Shown here piece after piece: positions 28,135 to 32,000 of a DNA stretch of 32,000 nucleotides; the first letter of the stretch is position 1, and each line of letters opens with the position of its first letter. Below the pieces are notes generated by a model. That model was given only the letters and a program-made list of their open reading frames with translations. It searched no databases and had not been told where the DNA came from. The DNA comes from Candidatus Methylomirabilis oxygeniifera (GTDB lineage: Bacteria; Methylomirabilota; Methylomirabilia; Methylomirabilales; Methylomirabilaceae). The stretch lies in contig FP565575.1 in assembly GCA_000091165.1 (NCBI GenBank), positions 2,040,001 through 2,072,000 on the forward strand. Direction: 5' to 3'. Both the position numbers and the translations under genes were made by a program.

Positions 28135-30501
28135 TCACACTTTCTCGATTCGAACTGCGCACTTCTTAAAGTCCGGCTGTTTGGAAATAGGATCGTAGGC
28201 GTCAAGCGTCACCAGGTTGATGAGGACATTTTCATCGAAGAACGGCACAAACACGACTCCTTTTGGAACCGTATTCCTTCCGTTTACTTGAGCCTTTGCG
28301 ATAACCTCCCCACGACGCGACTGAACACGAACCTGATCCCCAGTCTTGATTCCCAAGGCAGCCGCGTTCTCGGCGCTGATCCAAACAGGCGCAAAGGGGG
28401 CGGCACGGTGAAGCTCAAGGACTCTTCTCGTAATGGTCCCTGTATGCCAGTGCTCAAGGACGCGGCCTGTTGTGAGCCACAAAGGATATTGTGCATCCGG
28501 CTGCTCGGCGGGCGGCTCGTAGGGCCTCGCCCAAATGACGGCGCGACCATCCGGCTGGCCGTAAAACCGGACACCCTCGCCTTTCTTGACGTACGGGTCG
28601 AGCCCCTCCCTGTAACGCCACCGTGTTTCTTTGCCCTCGACAACAGGCCAGCGCAGCCCGCCCCGGACCTTCGCGTATACATCATAGGGCGCAAGGTCCT
28701 TCCCTGATTCTTGGCCGAACTTCCGATACTCCTCAAAGAGCGCCTTGTGCAGAGGCGCCTCCCCATAGTTAAGCAGGTGTCCCAGATCCAAACGCTTGGC
28801 TAACTCGACGATCTGCCAGAGATCGTCCTTCGCCTGACCCGGCGGGTCTACCATTTTGAACCAGTGCTGAGTGCGCCGTTCGGTATTGCCGAACATCCCC
28901 TCCTTCTCGACCCACATGGCCGACGGCAGGATGAGATCGGCGTGGCGAGCGGTTTCACTGGGGTACACCTCTGAAACGACAATAAATCGCTCGCCTCCTT
29001 TTCGCGCACCCCTGCGATAGCGGCCCGCATGGGGCAGCGTCTGAAACGGGTTGGTGGTGTTGATCCAGATGACCTTGACATCACCGCGATCCAATGCGCG
29101 AAACATCTCTATGGCGTGAAACCCTGGTCTGGGTGAAATCTTCTCAACCGGGATATTCCAGATGTGCGCCGCCTTTTTGCGGTGCTCTGGATTCGCAACA
29201 AACATACCGCCAGGAAGAGTGTGTGACAGGACACCTACCTCCCGCGTCGTTCCGCATGCTGAAGGCTGCCCGGTCAGCGATAAGGGACTGTTGCCGGGTT
29301 CGGCAATTTTTCCGGTCAGCAGGTGCAGGTTATAGACAAGGTTGTTGATCCAGGTGCCCCGCACATGCTGGTTGAAGCCCATGGTCCAACAGGACACGGC
29401 CTTACGCCTGGGATCGCCCAACAGCCGAGCAATCTGACGGATCGTATCGGCTGAAACGCCGGAAAGTTGTTCAGCATACTCCGGCGTGTAGGACTCCAGG
29501 AACTTCTTATACTCCTCGAAACTGATCGGCTGAGGCTTATCGGCAAAAGGCTTATACGTCTTCCAACTGGTTTCCGAAGCCCCGCCATACTCAAAGTTAT
29601 CCTCTACGCCATAGCCGATCCCTGTCAGTCCCTTTTTGAAGGTGACATGCTTCTCAATAAACGCGCTGTTTACGAGCCCTTCCTTCACGATGACATGTGC
29701 CATGGCATTCGCGATGGCGAGATCTGTGTGAGGCTTGAAAATAGCGACGATGTCCGCTGGTTCGTCGGAACTGCGGTTCAGAAAGGTTTGCAAGCTGACG
29801 ATCTTGACGTTGGGATCCTGGTGTTTTCGCTCAACCATCCGCGAGTAGAGGATCGGATGCATCTCGGCGAAGTTAGAGCCCCAGACAAAAAAGGTATCAG
29901 TCAATTCGAAATCGTCGTAGCACCCCATCGGCTCATCCATGCCGAAGGTCGAGTAAAAACCGGCTACGGCCGAGGACATACAGAGGCGCGGATTCCCCTC
30001 CACGTTGTTAGAGCCGATCCCCGCCTTCATCAATTTGTTGATGGCGTAACCTTCAAAGATCGTTGTTTGCCCCGAGAAGTAGACTGCGACCGACTCCGGA
30101 CCGTGCTGTTGAATAGCCTCTTTAAACTTGGAGGCCATGATATCCATCGCCTGAGTCCAGGAGATCTCAGCGAACTTGTTGCCTTGGCGAAGCAGCGGAG
30201 CCTTATAGCGGTCAGGGCCATAGAGAATTTTAGGGAGACTATAACCTTTGATGCAGAGCAGGCCACGATTGACGGGCGCCTCTGGATCGCCTTTGACGGC
30301 CACCACTTTGCCTTCCCGAAGTCCTACCAGCACGCCGCATCCAACCCCGCAGAAACGACAGGGGCTCTTCTTCCATTCCTCTGCCGTCTCGGCAGCCTCC
30401 GCAACCCCCTCGGGGATAGCGAATAGTGCGTCGGGCGAAGTCAGAGCTACGGCGCTTGCCCCGGCTAAGGTCTTTAAAAGCTCTCTACGAGAAAGTTTCA
30501 T
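28135..30501 (-). CDS. napA: Periplasmic nitrate reductase catalytic subunit
   Basis: Tat-like MKLSRRELLKTLAG; CRFCGVGCGVLVG 4Fe-4S site; EGNPRLCMSSAVAGF; WVEKEGMFGNTERRTQ; molybdopterin C-terminal domain. Confidence 0.9.
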   Translation of the reverse strand: MKLSRRELLKTLAGASAVALTSPDALFAIPEGVAEAAETAEEWKKSPCRFCGVGCGVLVGLREGKVVAVKGDPEAPVNRGLLCIKGYSLPKILYGPDRYKAPLLRQGNKFAEISWTQAMDIMASKFKEAIQQHGPESVAVYFSGQTTIFEGYAINKLMKAGIGSNNVEGNPRLCMSSAVAGFYSTFGMDEPMGCYDDFELTDTFFVWGSNFAEMHPILYSRMVERKHQDPNVKIVSLQTFLNRSSDEPADIVAIFKPHTDLAIANAMAHVIVKEGLVNSAFIEKHVTFKKGLTGIGYGVEDNFEYGGASETSWKTYKPFADKPQPISFEEYKKFLESYTPEYAEQLSGVSADTIRQIARLLGDPRRKAVSCWTMGFNQHVRGTWINNLVYNLHLLTGKIAEPGNSPLSLTGQPSACGTTREVGVLSHTLPGGMFVANPEHRKKAAHIWNIPVEKISPRPGFHAIEMFRALDRGDVKVIWINTTNPFQTLPHAGRYRRGARKGGERFIVVSEVYPSETARHADLILPSAMWVEKEGMFGNTERRTQHWFKMVDPPGQAKDDLWQIVELAKRLDLGHLLNYGEAPLHKALFEEYRKFGQESGKDLAPYDVYAKVRGGLRWPVVEGKETRWRYREGLDPYVKKGEGVRFYGQPDGRAVIWARPYEPPAEQPDAQYPLWLTTGRVLEHWHTGTITRRVLELHRAAPFAPVWISAENAAALGIKTGDQVRVQSRRGEVIAKAQVNGRNTVPKGVVFVPFFDENVLINLVTLDAYDPISKQPDFKKCAVRIEKV

Positions 30502-30548
30502 GTTTGGCCCTCAGGTCCGGATTAACTGAACACTGTCATCACGGTCTC

Positions 30549-31778
30549 TTACATCCCAAATTTGTGCGCCCTGTTGGCGAAAAAGATCCCGGAGGGATGA
30601 TCCGCCGGGAACTCTTTCAGCACCTGAAAGGTCGCCGTATCGTACACAACGACTTTGCCGCCGTCCATCAGAGAGACGTACGCAGCTTCTCCCTTTGGCG
30701 TAAACTGCGGGTGTGTGGCCCCGGCCCCGGGATTGAGCGTTTTGACAACCTTCATGCTGTCAACGTCAATGACATCGATCAGATCTCCGTTTTTACCGAT
30801 AATGTCTACCCATACTTGACGTCCGTCAGGTCGTACCACGGTGTAGAGCGCGGTCCCGCTGATCGGCACGGGGGTGAGCGGCGTCCAGTCGAGCGTGGAA
30901 TAGACCAGCGCAACCTCGCGCTTGAGCGCAGGCAGAAAAGCCAACCGCCCAGTAAGAGCCCAGCCTTTGAGATGCGGAATTTTCCACAGTGGAACATCGG
31001 GACCTTTACCCTGCTCGGCCAGAATCGGAGCGACTCGATCGAGCTTCCAGGTATCGAGGAGCCCCATCCAGTTCGAGTCTAAAAAGCCCGCGAGATAGTA
31101 GCGTCCGTCCGGACTGATCAGCGCGTCATACGGCATCTTCCCGACATCGGGAAACTTTCGAATTACGGGAAACTCTTTTTTCCCCGCATCCACCACCCAT
31201 ATGCTGTTGCCGTCCATCAAAGAAAATACGAGGAGGTTGCCGGGGGCATCAACTAACCCCGCCACTCGGGACGGTAATTGCTCTCTGCCCTTTTCACTTG
31301 CGTCCGTGTACAGGGCCGGGATCGTCTTCACCAGTTCCAACGTGTCGGCGTCCAGAATGCGCACCTCGCCTGGAACATAATTACTGAGGGCTACGTACTT
31401 GCCATCCTGGCTAACCACACCGCCGACGGACAATTTCCCTGCATTCACCTGCTTAACAAGCTTCAGAGTGAGAAGATCGATCTTGGAGACTTCGCCTGTG
31501 CGACCGATGACATAGGCGTAGCGCGCGTCCGGGGAGAATTTCACCGTCGCGTGGGTAAGGTTGCCGAGTCCCGAGATGCGCCCCAGCAGTTCGTGGCGGG
31601 AGGAGTCGATGATAAGTACGCTGCCGGCCTGTCGCTCAATGACGACCACCAACGACGCCGTCCCCCACCGCCGCTCATCGGCGCTCGAATGCAGGGGCAG
31701 GCTGAGCGCCAGGAGAATGAGGAATGCCTTAACCGCGAACCGAAATATGCGTACTCGCACGACTGTCTTCCTTTCCAT
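30549..31778 (-). CDS. nirF: Heme d1 biosynthesis protein NirF (signal-peptide-bearing beta-propeller)
   Basis: GTASLVVVIERQAGSVLIIDSSRHELLGRISGLGNLTHATVKFSPDARYAYVIGRTG...SNYVPGEVRILDADTLELVKTI; adjacent to nirJ C-terminus. Confidence 0.88.
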   Translation of the reverse strand: MERKTVVRVRIFRFAVKAFLILLALSLPLHSSADERRWGTASLVVVIERQAGSVLIIDSSRHELLGRISGLGNLTHATVKFSPDARYAYVIGRTGEVSKIDLLTLKLVKQVNAGKLSVGGVVSQDGKYVALSNYVPGEVRILDADTLELVKTIPALYTDASEKGREQLPSRVAGLVDAPGNLLVFSLMDGNSIWVVDAGKKEFPVIRKFPDVGKMPYDALISPDGRYYLAGFLDSNWMGLLDTWKLDRVAPILAEQGKGPDVPLWKIPHLKGWALTGRLAFLPALKREVALVYSTLDWTPLTPVPISGTALYTVVRPDGRQVWVDIIGKNGDLIDVIDVDSMKVVKTLNPGAGATHPQFTPKGEAAYVSLMDGGKVVVYDTATFQVLKEFPADHPSGIFFANRAHKFGM

Positions 31779-32000
31779 TCGTCGATGAGATCCCTAACTC
31801 CTCGTCGCTCAGGTAACAGCTAGGGTCGGACGCCCACAGATCCCCGGTTGTCGCCTCCGCCCTGACTCTCGAGTTGCCGCCGCACAGATCGAGATACGGG
31901 CATTGGGCACAGCGGCCCTTGAGCGCGTGTCGGCGATCTTTCAGGACGCGCATGATCGGATCAGTGGTATCTTCCCAGATCGCCGCAAAACTCCGCTCTC
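31729..32000 (-). CDS. nirJ: Heme d1 biosynthesis radical SAM protein NirJ, C-terminal part (runs off right edge)
   Basis: Minus strand ...FAAIWEDTTDPIMRVLKDRRHALKGRCAQCPYLDLCGGNSRVRAEATTGDLWASDPSCYLSDEE; SPASM-like cysteine pattern. Confidence 0.8.
   Translation of the reverse strand, partial: ERSFAAIWEDTTDPIMRVLKDRRHALKGRCAQCPYLDLCGGNSRVRAEATTGDLWASDPSCYLSDEELGISSTNGKEDSRASTHISVRG

Noticed and set aside
29467-30426. 319-aa + strand ORF
   Set aside because: Antisense to napA; shadow ORF.

Overview
The window reads as a bacterial chromosome segment. Gene content (suf operon, napAB with heme d1 genes) suggests a denitrifying, possibly NC10/Methylomirabilota-like organism; this is inference only. 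From left to right: a partial RNase Z-like hydrolase (-), a VapBC-type toxin-antitoxin pair (+), a SagB/ThcOx-type oxidoreductase, an aldehyde dehydrogenase and moaA (-). A long minus-strand Fe-S block follows (mrp, sufB, sufC, sufD, sufS, sufU, sufT-like DUF59, 7Fe ferredoxin). A decayed accessory patch spans about 14.5-17.8 kb, with repeat elements, a truncated methyltransferase N-terminus, a HEPN-like gene, a BrnT-type pair and a frameshifted/truncated MNT-HEPN pair. It is followed by an M23 peptidase and a secreted acidic protein behind a consensus sigma-54 promoter, then a plus-strand housekeeping run (yebC, ruvC, ruvA, ruvB, DUF2905, queA, tgt, yajC). The window ends with a minus-strand nitrate reductase/heme d1 cluster (nirJ partial, nirF, napA, napB, fused siroheme decarboxylase). 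The most notable signals are in-frame inserts of about 30-37 codons with repeat-like DNA in queA and sufD, the sigma-54 promoter, paired GTCATTGCGAG inverted-repeat elements, and the toxin-antitoxin remnants. No clearly new defence or biosynthetic system could be demonstrated from sequence alone.
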